The position numbers and the translations under genes are program-made. A model generated the notes under the pieces. It did no database searches. It was not told the origin of the DNA and worked only from the letters and a program-made list of their open reading frames with translations. This document shows positions 27,601 to 37,100 of a stretch of 38,905 bases of DNA, one piece after another; the first letter of the stretch is position 1, and every line of letters starts with the position of its first letter. The stretch covers positions 1-38,905 of the forward strand of contig JBIKKU010000003.1 in NCBI GenBank assembly GCA_044360245.1, written 5' to 3'. This DNA comes from Flavobacteriales bacterium (GTDB lineage: Bacteria; Bacteroidota; Bacteroidia; Flavobacteriales_D; UBA2798).

Positions 27601-30600
27601 TTCGGCGGCTGCTTTTTTTCGCAATTCCGCAGCAGCTTCGAAATCCTTTTTGGCTTCGGTTTCGTGACGTGCAACTTCTTTGAGTGCAGGATCTTTACTC
27701 AACTCATCTTTGTATCCGACTTCTTTTTTCTTCTCTGCAATACGTTTCTCCAAATCTTCTTTTTCCGCAACATTGGCAGAAGCAAAAGATGCCGATACAT
27801 TGATTTCTTTGGTCAGAATTTGCGCTTCGAGTTCCTTAATTTCCTTATCCAGTTTTTTCTTCTCATTTGCATCGGTGGTCTCGGCGCGACGAATGGACTT
27901 CTCTTCAACCTGAGCACGCAATGCAGCAATTTCATCCAACTGCGTTTTCACCAAAGCGATTTCGTTCTTGGATTTTTCTCCGGAATAAGGATAAGTGTTT
28001 TCGTATTGTTTTTCGGAAGATGCTGTCAATACAGGATTTCCGCCATTTTCGGCAATGCGCTGGTTATTGGCATTGATCTCGGCTTGTTTGGTTTCGCGCA
28101 ATTGATTGAGGTCAGCAATGCGCTGTTCTTCCTGACGTTTTACGTTTTCGTCTTTCGTGGTAGATTTTATTTTCTCGGATTGGCGAATCTGTTCATCTAT
28201 TTTGTCGATCAGATTTTCATTTAAATCATTGCGCTTTTCTGCTTTTCGCACATCACTTTCGGTAGATGCAGCAATCGTTTCGGAAGCTTTGACATAATCG
28301 GGATCCACCGAACTGACCAAAGATTTTTGAATATCGCTCAACACCGGATTGGCCGCAAGATCTTTTTGACGGTTCTTATCCGCATCAACTTCAGCTTGTT
28401 TTACCGCACGTAATTCCTCCAGTTTTTTACGTTTCTCAATGGAAGCCGGATCCTTTGCGGTCTCGAGTGATTTTATCTCTGTATTGATTTTCGCAATCAG
28501 GTTTTCGTTGGCAGCGATTCGGTCATTGAGCTTAGCAGCTTCTTCCGTGCGTGCGTTGGCGGCATTGATGGCATCAAAGTAAGTAGGATCGAGCGCAGCG
28601 ATATTGGGTGTACCTGCATTCGGATCGATTCCCTTGCTCTGTTGTGTGGCCTTTTTGTATTTGTCAGTAGCAGAAGCCAGGTATTTATTCCCCAACTGCT
28701 CTGCCACATTGGCTTTCATCAAGAGCAAATTTTTCTTTGGCAAATCTTTTTCTTTGGCAGCTTCAGCGCGCAATTTTTTCGCATCCTCAAATTTCTGCGC
28801 AGCCTTCTCCTCCATTTTCAATGCCGAGAGCATATCTTCATTAGCAGGATCTACCGCAGCTTTCTTTGCCTCATTGCGGGCAGTATTCAAGCGTGCCTCC
28901 ACTTCTTTGCGTTCGGCTTTGTTGGCTTCCTCTACTTTGGCAGCAATTTGCAATTCAGTTTCTGTAAGTTGTTTTTCGAGCGCTAAAATTTCTTCGCTGA
29001 GTTTTTGCTTTTCTGCTTCAGTTCCTGCTTCGGCGCGGCGGATTTTCAATTCGGTCAATTGCTCTTCAATGCTGCGCACTTTTTCAATCAAAGGCTGAAT
29101 TTCGCGCATGGTTTGTTGTGCAGAAGCCGAGGTGTATTCAGGCATAAAGGCATAACCCGAAACAGAGCGACCGTTTTCATCCTGACGCAAAACTCCTGCA
29201 TCCATGAGCTTTTGGTCGGCTGTGGCTATTTCGTTTTCCTTTTGGTATTTGAGATCTTTCAATGTTTCAATGCGCTCGCGTGTTGCGTTGGGGTCGGCAG
29301 TATTTCCGGTAGCGAGGTCTTTCTCGAGTTTCTTAATTTCTTCATCGGTCTTGCGCACCAAATCGGTATTCGCTTTTCGGATTTCGTTGGTTTTACGCAC
29401 ATCCGAAGCATTTGAATTTTCGATTTGGGAAATTTTATTTTGGTAGGCAGGATCTACGGTTGAAGCTGTCGAATTTTGTTTCGCTTTTTCGGTTGGATTC
29501 ACAGCTACATTATCACCTTGTAAAATCGCCTTGTCTTTTTCAATAGCGGCCTCGAGCTTCTGACCGAGCTGCTCCAATTCCTCTGCCTTTTGGGTGTTTC
29601 CGTTTTGTTCGGCAATTTTCTTTTCGTTATTGGTTTTATCCAACAACTGTTCATTCAACTTAATTCGCTCGGCCGCCTTTTCACTCGGATTCAAATCGGA
29701 ATTGTTCACGGAATTGAGCTGTGAAGCATAGGTAGGATCAAGGTTTTTGGTTTGAGCATCATTGGTAATGTCGGCAGTTTTTACGTTAGAAGCCGTTACC
29801 GTATTTCCATTTTCGATGGAAGTTATTTTTTTCTCGTTTCGTGCAACCTCATCTTGTTTCTGAGTTTTCAATTGTTCGAGAGCACGATTTTCCTGCTCGG
29901 TTTTAATTTTTTCTTCGGGTGTTTGATTGCTCGCTTTGGCATTGTTCTCCGCAATTTTATTATCGATGGAAGCAATCAATTGATTGTTGAGTTTATTTTC
30001 TTCCGCAAGTTTTTCCTTTTCAGGCAAATTACCTGAACGGATTTCATTGCGCTTGGTATCGTATTGCGGATCAATTCCGGCAGGCTCAATTTTGGTATTT
30101 GTGTTGGCCGTGTTATTGTTCGTATTCGCTGTAGATTTCAACTCTTCCAGACGCTTGTCGTTTGTGGCAATTTCCTGATTTTTCTGTGCCTTCAGGTTTT
30201 CCAATTCTTCTTTCTGACGTACCAGTTTTTCCTTATCTGCCTCTTTGGTGGTTTTATCTATTTTCTTGTCCAGCGCAGCAATTTCGGTGTCGATTTTTGT
30301 CACCAAATCTTTGTTGAGCTGATTTTTCTGATTGAGTTTCTGTTCTTCCGTAGCGGTTGATTTATCGACATCGGCTACTTTTTTGGCGTATTTGGAATCG
30401 ACGGTATTGACATCTGCCACCAATTGCGAAGTGCTTTGGTCGAGTGTGCGTTGGTTATTCGCTATTTCAGCTTCGTTTTGCTTTTTCAGTTCATCCAGTT
30501 TCTTCCGATCCTCCTCGAGTTTTGCTTTTTCATCTCCGGTTGCATTTGCAATGCGCGTATCGGTTTCTGCAATTTTGGTATTGATATCGTTAACCAATTG

Positions 30601-33420
30601 CTTGTCGAGTTCATTTTGCTTCTGCAGTTTTTCTTTCGAAGATAAACTGTTGTCGTTGGCCAAGTCATCTTTTTTCTTCTGGTAAGCAGGATCCACGGAA
30701 GATGCAGAAGCAACCGTAGTTGAATTGATTTCCTGCAATTTGTTTTCGTTGCTTCGGATTTCCTCCTCTTTGTCTTTACGCAAATCTTTGAGGTCCTCGA
30801 TTTTCTTCTTCAGTTCTTCCTGTTTGGCCGGATCTTTTTCTTTTTTGAGTTTGCTTTCCAACTCCGAAACATCCTTGTCGATGGCATTGATCCATTCTTT
30901 GTTCAGGTTGTTTTTAGCCTCGAGTTTTTCTTTCTGATCGGTGATGGATTTGACTTGTTCTTCCTTAGCCATGACACCCTGGAAGTTCGGATTATCGTGC
31001 AAATACACATTCAACTGTTCGCGGTTATCGCGCTCGGTACTTTGGTTCTGGTTGATGATTTGCTCGTTCTTCTGAAGTGAATTGGCTGTTTCGTTGGAGG
31101 AGATATTGTTGGCCAATTCATTCTTTTCGCTTTGCGTAAGTACACCTGTAATGGCGCCGGATTGAATATTCTCCAATACGGTAACCTGCGATTTGATGTC
31201 ATCCGCTTCACTTTGCAGTGCTTCGTATTTTTTAAATGCAGATTTTACATTGGCCTGCGCAACATCAATGGCAGCTTGTGTTTCATCAATTTTTGCCTGC
31301 AGTTCTTCCTTCTTTTTGGAATTGTTGGTGTTCTGCAATTGCGATTTCAATGAACTCAATTCCACTTGCAAATCGGCTTCCTCACTGCGGTAGGTCTGTG
31401 CAAGCTCACGTGCTTTATCGGCTTCTTTCTGCTTGGCTAGAGCTTTTTCGCGAAGTTCGTCGAGTTCGTCTTTACGGTTGACTTCCGAGCCCATCGATTG
31501 GCGAATGAAATCTTGTTGCTCGCGCAATTTCTTTTCGGCTTCGGTTCTGTTTTTGGTGTTGATGGCTGATTCAATGCCTTTGGCAAAGTCTTCCGCCATT
31601 TTTTTCTCTTGTTCTTTTTTGGCGGCCTGATCGGTTAATTTTTGAGCCACCTGATAAGCTGCTGCTGCTTCTTTGAGGAGTTGTTTGGCTTCGTTGTTCA
31701 GGTCTTCTGCATTCTGAATGATCTGACGCTTTTCTTGTTCGTCGCTTACATTGCTCAACTTGGAAAGCAATTCGTCGGCTTCTTTGGCTTTTGCTTTTGC
31801 TTCATCGTTTTTACGATCGCTCACCACAAATGCTGCTTCCGATTGTTCTTTCAATTCTTTGGCTTCAATACCAATTTCTTCTGCGTCTTTTTTTACCATC
31901 GCTATCAAATCGGCATCGGTAAGGTTTTTCATATCGGCCACGGAAGTGTCGGTAGGATTTTTCTTGATGTTGTCGAGCGAATCGATGTTGAAGTCAAGCG
32001 CATTGGGCGTGAGCAAACTTTTGTCCTTGAGAATTTCTGCAATGATGGCGTCACCGTTTTCTACTTCCTGATCGAAAAGATTGCGGATTTGCAATTTCTC
32101 CGTGCCTTCGGGAGCAGAGAGGTACAACTCTTGTTTGAGTGCGCGAAGTTCTTTTTGGAAAGGGACTTCCACCACACCGACGTGCGCAATTTTTGAATTC
32201 TCGCTGGTAACGGTGAATTTGTATTTACCACTTTTGGGTAAAGTAATCAGGTAGGAACCATCGGCACTACGGGTATTGTATATACCAATCACGTCACCGG
32301 AATTCACATCTTCAATGCGAATGGATGCGCCTAGATTGTCGGGCGACACATCCGAAACAAATCTTCCTTTGATTACTGCCATCTGCACAGGAAAGCGTTC
32401 CATGCGGACGTTGTACACATGGATTTTTCCATTATCACTTTCGCGCGAGGAAGCAAACCATGCGGAACGATCGAGTGAATCGACAATAAAAAACATGTCA
32501 TCGTCGGGCGAACTGATGGCGAAATCGACGTTTTGCGGTGTGGAGAATTGTTCGGTTTCGGGGTCGTACACACTTTTGAAAATGTCGTAGCCTCCCATCG
32601 AATTATGTCCCTTGGAACAGAAATAGAGCGTTGTTCCATCGGGCGACATGTAAGGATAATTTTCATCAAAAGGAGTATTCACTCCTCCAAGCACAATTTG
32701 TGGTTTTGCCCATTCGCCATTGGGTAAACGTTTCACACGGTAGATGTCGAGATTGGTGCCGTTTTCGCCGTAACTCGAATAATACACCACATCCGAATTT
32801 TTCGGGTTATGCACTACAATCGTATGTTCTTTCTTTTTATCGACAGAAGTCTGCAGTGCTTCCACCACAATGATTTGTCCACCAATATTCTCCATGGAAT
32901 ACAAGCGGAAGAAACGATCCACTTCAATATCGCGTTTGTCAATGACGACCAGATCGGTGATGTTGCGCAACAATTTTTTTCCGTTGTTACACATTTCAAT
33001 CTGACGATCGACTTGGTATTGTTCTTTCTCCTTGGGTGTTGCCAGCGATGCAAATTTCTGATACGCTTTGATGGCTTCGTTGAATTGGAAATTGAGGTGA
33101 TACGCTTTTCCAAGATAGAACCAGCATTCTTTGGGAACAGCAGGATCTTTGGATGCCAGGTACAAATATTTTAAACCGTCGGTTTTTTTTCCTTCACTAA
33201 AAAGCAAACAGGTACCGTACTTGTAGTTGTACTCTGCGCTTTTCGGATCGTTACTCAACAATTGCGAATACAATGGAGTTGCCTCCACGTATTTTCCCTC
33301 TTCAAAAAGTTTGTTGGCCTTCTTAATCAACTCGGCCTCATTCTTTTGTGCGAAGAGCGAAAATGGTAACAGGAATAAAAAAAGCAGTAAGGCTCCGCTA
33401 TGTCTGATGTACCCTTTCAA
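24628..33420 (-). CDS. Giant (2930 aa) exported protein: TPR + PD40 propeller + Ig-like domain + long helical repeats + N/Q-rich linkers + multiple SPOR-like domains
   Basis: Signal peptide (LFAQ), TPR motifs, PD40 (YFCSKGHNSMGGYDIFKS) and ~1700 aa of E/K/A/Q-rich helical sequence. SPOR-like YFKVQVGAF...RYTVG.F...A..AKKEIRGMGYEDAFVVAF is followed by four further related units. Confidence 0.85.
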   Translation of the reverse strand: MKGYIRHSGALLLFLFLLPFSLFAQKNEAELIKKANKLFEEGKYVEATPLYSQLLSNDPKSAEYNYKYGTCLLFSEGKKTDGLKYLYLASKDPAVPKECWFYLGKAYHLNFQFNEAIKAYQKFASLATPKEKEQYQVDRQIEMCNNGKKLLRNITDLVVIDKRDIEVDRFFRLYSMENIGGQIIVVEALQTSVDKKKEHTIVVHNPKNSDVVYYSSYGENGTNLDIYRVKRLPNGEWAKPQIVLGGVNTPFDENYPYMSPDGTTLYFCSKGHNSMGGYDIFKSVYDPETEQFSTPQNVDFAISSPDDDMFFIVDSLDRSAWFASSRESDNGKIHVYNVRMERFPVQMAVIKGRFVSDVSPDNLGASIRIEDVNSGDVIGIYNTRSADGSYLITLPKSGKYKFTVTSENSKIAHVGVVEVPFQKELRALKQELYLSAPEGTEKLQIRNLFDQEVENGDAIIAEILKDKSLLTPNALDFNIDSLDNIKKNPTDTSVADMKNLTDADLIAMVKKDAEEIGIEAKELKEQSEAAFVVSDRKNDEAKAKAKEADELLSKLSNVSDEQEKRQIIQNAEDLNNEAKQLLKEAAAAYQVAQKLTDQAAKKEQEKKMAEDFAKGIESAINTKNRTEAEKKLREQQDFIRQSMGSEVNRKDELDELREKALAKQKEADKARELAQTYRSEEADLQVELSSLKSQLQNTNNSKKKEELQAKIDETQAAIDVAQANVKSAFKKYEALQSEADDIKSQVTVLENIQSGAITGVLTQSEKNELANNISSNETANSLQKNEQIINQNQSTERDNREQLNVYLHDNPNFQGVMAKEEQVKSITDQKEKLEAKNNLNKEWINAIDKDVSELESKLKKEKDPAKQEELKKKIEDLKDLRKDKEEEIRSNENKLQEINSTTVASASSVDPAYQKKKDDLANDNSLSSKEKLQKQNELDKQLVNDINTKIAETDTRIANATGDEKAKLEEDRKKLDELKKQNEAEIANNQRTLDQSTSQLVADVNTVDSKYAKKVADVDKSTATEEQKLNQKNQLNKDLVTKIDTEIAALDKKIDKTTKEADKEKLVRQKEELENLKAQKNQEIATNDKRLEELKSTANTNNNTANTNTKIEPAGIDPQYDTKRNEIRSGNLPEKEKLAEENKLNNQLIASIDNKIAENNAKASNQTPEEKIKTEQENRALEQLKTQKQDEVARNEKKITSIENGNTVTASNVKTADITNDAQTKNLDPTYASQLNSVNNSDLNPSEKAAERIKLNEQLLDKTNNEKKIAEQNGNTQKAEELEQLGQKLEAAIEKDKAILQGDNVAVNPTEKAKQNSTASTVDPAYQNKISQIENSNASDVRKTNEIRKANTDLVRKTDEEIKKLEKDLATGNTADPNATRERIETLKDLKYQKENEIATADQKLMDAGVLRQDENGRSVSGYAFMPEYTSASAQQTMREIQPLIEKVRSIEEQLTELKIRRAEAGTEAEKQKLSEEILALEKQLTETELQIAAKVEEANKAERKEVEARLNTARNEAKKAAVDPANEDMLSALKMEEKAAQKFEDAKKLRAEAAKEKDLPKKNLLLMKANVAEQLGNKYLASATDKYKKATQQSKGIDPNAGTPNIAALDPTYFDAINAANARTEEAAKLNDRIAANENLIAKINTEIKSLETAKDPASIEKRKKLEELRAVKQAEVDADKNRQKDLAANPVLSDIQKSLVSSVDPDYVKASETIAASTESDVRKAEKRNDLNENLIDKIDEQIRQSEKIKSTTKDENVKRQEEQRIADLNQLRETKQAEINANNQRIAENGGNPVLTASSEKQYENTYPYSGEKSKNEIALVKTQLDEIAALRAQVEEKSIRRAETTDANEKKKLDKEIKELEAQILTKEINVSASFASANVAEKEDLEKRIAEKKKEVGYKDELSKDPALKEVARHETEAKKDFEAAAELRKKAAAEKDKVKKNELLKEANALEKRGNQHLAEAEDILEILLGEFVIVQNSGNTNQNNNQNNNQNNNQNNNQNNQNTNQTNNNQNNNQNNTTANNNTTIDPNNLESTKYFNEATALERRAAELDERAKTLEDSATTVKKKYRQAILDDAANKRKEAEQLRQQQNETLARANEVKRKEDDLIAEQRRKEEEQQRLKEKQTEVVKTSEYAQFYNLKTDANNKENRAVNAENEASRQKEIAANMRKEVQDVRAKANQETDNTRKNILLTQASDLERKAITMERRQDSLNRAAANLRNEANNGNTRVDNYLASIDPQKARDIRDVTANGNLPQPENALANNVSSNNNTSVQAQEIKTLSPEEIARKYTVPERVETQIFAKTDNKAVYNAANPIPVDPPLPKGIYFKVQVGAFRNPIPNETFKEFAPITGERTANGLTRYTVGYFTDFPNADNAKKEIRGMGYEDAFVVAFKDGKRIPLYEAMAELNGGIAVNQNNNQNNNQNNNQNNNQNNNQNNNQNNNQNNNQNNNQNNNQNNNQNNNQNNNQTYVNNFRVDSAATNYYTSVPGAAKANQVEVIAGLFFTVQVGVYSKPVSPDNIFNINPLNSERTANNQVRYTTGIFTDVDKAIVRRDEVRNIGVQDAFVTAYMNGKRITVAQARDSIAKYGNSVFVQNANLITSGGNNQLSNNNQNNNQNNNLNNNQNNNQNNNQNNNNQNNNQNNNNQNNTQNNTETPGFKVVLGVYEKEVPVKDAEIYLANVNQGIRKATLADGKTVYYIDGIPTRTEALNIADKFKNKGLTTAYASEKLPGNVASSSKTDLKTAPGVRFQVYIGEFIGEVPPEATEVYLNNYDKGVKRKKMPDGSIVYYVLDGDSYDEALKMKAHFISEGLSTVRIVAFSGDREISISEAFTAGLRFNVIAAEFKGDMPDEVKEVLADMPDVNVRTTTREDGFTVAYFECYGDIDAALKLKARLVAAGLSSVRVIAIKDGKEITLSEAMKIVYE
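25445..25580 (-). repeat. Asn/Gln low-complexity tract (imperfect NNNQ repeats)
   Basis: Degenerate 12-bp repeats on the + strand (e.g. ctggttgttgtt, ttggttattatt). Confidence 0.85.
25999..26160 (-). repeat. NQ(NNNQ)13 tandem repeat, 12-bp period
   Basis: 162 nt encoding an uninterrupted NNNQ run between the first two SPOR-like domains, with mixed synonymous codons. Confidence 0.92.
27350..27465 (-). repeat. Asn/Gln low-complexity tract (NNNQ repeats)
   Basis: Encodes NTNQNNNQNNNQNNNQNNNQNNQNTNQTNNNQNNNQNN. Confidence 0.85.
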
Positions 33421-33479
33421 TCTCAGTTAGTGTACTTTAAGAAGCTGTACACCAATCTTTAAAGATAGTTGAATTTCCG

Positions 33480-34127
33480 TTACGACTTCTTACGAATACG
33501 AATATTCATGCGGTTTTCCTCACGTCGCATGAGGCGCTCGATGTTCTTTTGATGGGTAATGAGCACAAGCAATGCAATGACCATCGAGAAATAAATCAAG
33601 GAAAGCGGAACAGGACGGAAAAACAAGAAGAACATTACGGGAAAGCTTATGGCTGTAACCATTGAGCCCAATGACACATAACGCGTAGTCAGGAAAATAA
33701 TCAGGAAAATGGCGATGCAAATGAGTGCTGCTTGCCAGTGCAATGCAATGACCACACCCAATAAAGTGGCAACGCCTTTACCCCCTTTGAATCCTGCGAA
33801 AATCGGGAAAATGTGTCCAACTACAGCCATAACACCAATGGCCAATTTGAAATTGACTTGCGCTACAGATTCTGCTTCATAGGGATTGAACCATGCCAGC
33901 AGCACAATGGCCAGTAAACCTTTGAGCACATCCATACTCAAAACAGTGATTCCTGCTGCTTTTCCGAGCACCCTAAAGGTGTTGGTAGCACCGGCATTTC
34001 CACTTCCGTGTTCACGGACGTCGATACCGTAAAAGGTTTTTCCAATCCATACGGCTGAGGGAATAGATCCCATCAGGTAGGCTACAACAACAGACATGAA
34101 GTTGTAGGGCGTAAGAATTTCCTCCAT
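33480..34127 (-). CDS. plsY: Glycerol-3-phosphate 1-O-acyltransferase PlsY
   Basis: YLMGSIP, DVREHGSGNAGATNTFRVLG, DVLKG, GHIFPIFAGFKGGKGVAT and HQKNIERL. Confidence 0.97.
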   Translation of the reverse strand: MEEILTPYNFMSVVVAYLMGSIPSAVWIGKTFYGIDVREHGSGNAGATNTFRVLGKAAGITVLSMDVLKGLLAIVLLAWFNPYEAESVAQVNFKLAIGVMAVVGHIFPIFAGFKGGKGVATLLGVVIALHWQAALICIAIFLIIFLTTRYVSLGSMVTAISFPVMFFLFFRPVPLSLIYFSMVIALLVLITHQKNIERLMRREENRMNIRIRKKS

Positions 34128-34151
34128 CGCTTTGTTTGGCTTCGTTTGGCT

Positions 34152-37100
34152 TTACTCCATCTGCATGGCTGCCTCGGCTTTGGATCTTGCTTCACCGTAA
34201 ACGATTTCAAAATCCTTGTCGCCATCTTTTCCTTTGAAGTTGAGCTTATCGGATTTCGCTTCAGAGATCGTTGACTTGAACGATGGGTCTGTAGAGTAAA
34301 CCGTAAACCTTCCCTTCACGTTGGAATAGTGGAAGTAATACAGATTTGCGTCGTCTAATTTAAGAACAATCGTGACTTCATCACCCTGTCGGCCATGAGA
34401 AACTATGATTTTTCCGTCTATATACTTGTAAATCTGTTTCTTATAAACGTTCGTCAGCACCAATCTGCCGGTTGAAATCCAATGCGTCATGGGATCTTCC
34501 TGAACAAGCTTGAAGGATACATCCGTGAATACCAAAGGCTTAGCGATTTCATCAGGCAATTTCCAACGCTCTTTCCCTAAGGAGAGGTTCGCGATGATTT
34601 CATCCGATTTTTCCACACCAATGAGTTCACGGAGCGATTTTTCGTAAATGGATTTCACCGGATCGTTCTCGAAAGGCTGGATGTCAGGATAATTCAGGAT
34701 TTTATCGGCCAGTTTTTCCATGAGTCCTTCAAAGAAAGGGAAGTCGAACATCACCGTTGCTTTCATGGTCACCGCACCTGTTTTCAGGTTTTGCTCAACC
34801 GTACCCACAGGAACCGCCTTGAATTGGGAGGTTTTTGTTCCGAAGGACAATCGACCATCGCCACGCACAATACATTTTTCTTTGGCGTATCCCACAAAAT
34901 TACCCGGAAGCGAAGCCTCTTTGAGTTTGTCTTCTTGCGCAATCTGATATTCTTGCAGTCGCTTGTCGAACACCAGGAATCCGGTTGCTTTAATCACATC
35001 AGGATTTTCTTTTTTGGTTTTTACCGACAAGAAAGTGGAATATACCAATGCAGGAATGGTGTCTTTGTTGACCGAAATACCTGCTCCGAGGAATCCTCCA
35101 CCATCGTAATTTACAATATCATCAGCAATCGGAATGCGAATGTTGAGTGGATCAACAACCCCTTTAAAGCTTAACCAGTTGCGATCGAATGCACCACAAT
35201 TGTGCACCAATCGGGTTGCACCGGTAAAGTTCAAACCGATATCGTTGGCCTTGAGCTCTACAACACCTTTGTATTCGAAATGCGGACTGAGCATGAACTT
35301 CTCCTCTTCTTTCACTTCACCTTTTGCATAGGTTTGGAAAGTGGAGTCGAGCGTAATTTTTGCAAAGTGGATTTTCTGTTCCATTTTGTTTTCATCCACA
35401 TAAGCATAATCACCTTCTGCAACATATTTTTTCTTGGCCGTGATTTTTACTCTGGCATTGTAAATTTTGTGGTATTTGGTAACATAGTTACACACGATTT
35501 TCGCCTTTTGCAGCTCATCCATTTCAGCATTTTTGCGAATAACGACTTGTCCGGAATCCGGATAGATTCGAGCATCCGCAATATTCAAGTATTCCACTTT
35601 GGAACAATTGATGACTTTGGTTCGTGGATTGAATTTCGCTTTTGGCGACATGAAGTTGAGTGAGTCCTGATCGGGATGAATGGAATAGAAATTCGATCCG
35701 GTCAAATCCAAATCGGTATCGATGTTGATGTCTCCCGTCACCGATTTTTTATCGGAAAGGAGATCGATATCGTCGGTATCCATATTCCATTTCATTTTAT
35801 CCATGAAACAGATGTACTGGTTGGCCGGGAACTTGGTTGGTGAAGCTTTTCCGTTGGATTTCATTTCACAAAAACGTCCGACAAAATCTACGTGCGAATT
35901 GACATTTTCTGTGGACATAGCCATTTCGTGACTGAGATCGTGCGATTTCAATTTGAAATTGGAGGTATCTGCGTCGATAATTTTCGCTTTGTATTTAAAG
36001 TGCCGCGAGGACAACTCTGCCGTACCAAAATACATACGTCCTTTACCCGTCATTCCATCCGGACGAAGCGCCATGGTTCCTTTCATTTTCGAATTCTTAT
36101 CGAAGAAATGCAATAAAGAATCGGTGGATTGAGCATAAAACACTTTAGCTTTTGGATGATAGCGCACCATTACTTCTTCGCCATGCACCTCGGGAACTTC
36201 GAAGGTTCCTTTTTGTTCTACGTTTTTATACTTCTGCGCCACACCCGATAATGAATCCGGGAAAAGCGTAAATGCTTTAGATTCCGCAGTGGAAGTGAGA
36301 TAGCTCAAAGAACCATCCGCTTGCAATCCGGCATTGGACAATCGGATTTCATTTTTAAACACAGCTTTATCGCCATATAATTTTACGCCTTCAGGATTCA
36401 GTTTGCGAATAAATCCAAGTGAATAATCTTTCTGCACACCAAGTTCTTCACGCATCACAGGAATGATTCCTGCCGACTTGAATTCACCGGGAAAACGTTG
36501 CGCATAACCTTTGAAATTATCGAGACTATCCATCACAAATGGATCTACTTTAAAGTAGAATTGTGTACTGTCGTAAACCCCGTTATGGATTTTTTTGGCG
36601 TTGTAAAACACATAGGTATGTTGGGTGGAATTGAGGATAGGATATTGCTGGAATCCACGCTTCACACCGGATTTATTGTCCTTTCCATCAATGGTGATAC
36701 TCCCCTTTACGCTGCGTATCACAGACTGCACGCGTTGTTGTTTGTTGCGCGGTCCGGTATGCGGCCACACCCTTAAACGCATGGAATCGCATTGCAATAA
36801 ATCAACTTTAAAATCGCCGTAATTGAAAAAGAATTCTTTCCCGAAAAATTCGGTTGAACCTGCATTGACAATTCCGGCAAACTTCATGTTGCGGTTTTTC
36901 ATGACAATCAGTTCCTGGTTTTGGGGATAAATCCGCACAAACTGACTATCGCTCAGGGTTACACGCTTAACCCCATGAATGAGTAATTCGTAATTGAGCA
37001 AATTGATGGATGCATTGGCATTGGCCACCAGTGAATCGCTTTGAATATCGATAGGATCGTAATCGATTTTTTTACTGTTCGATTTCAGGTAATTGAAAAG

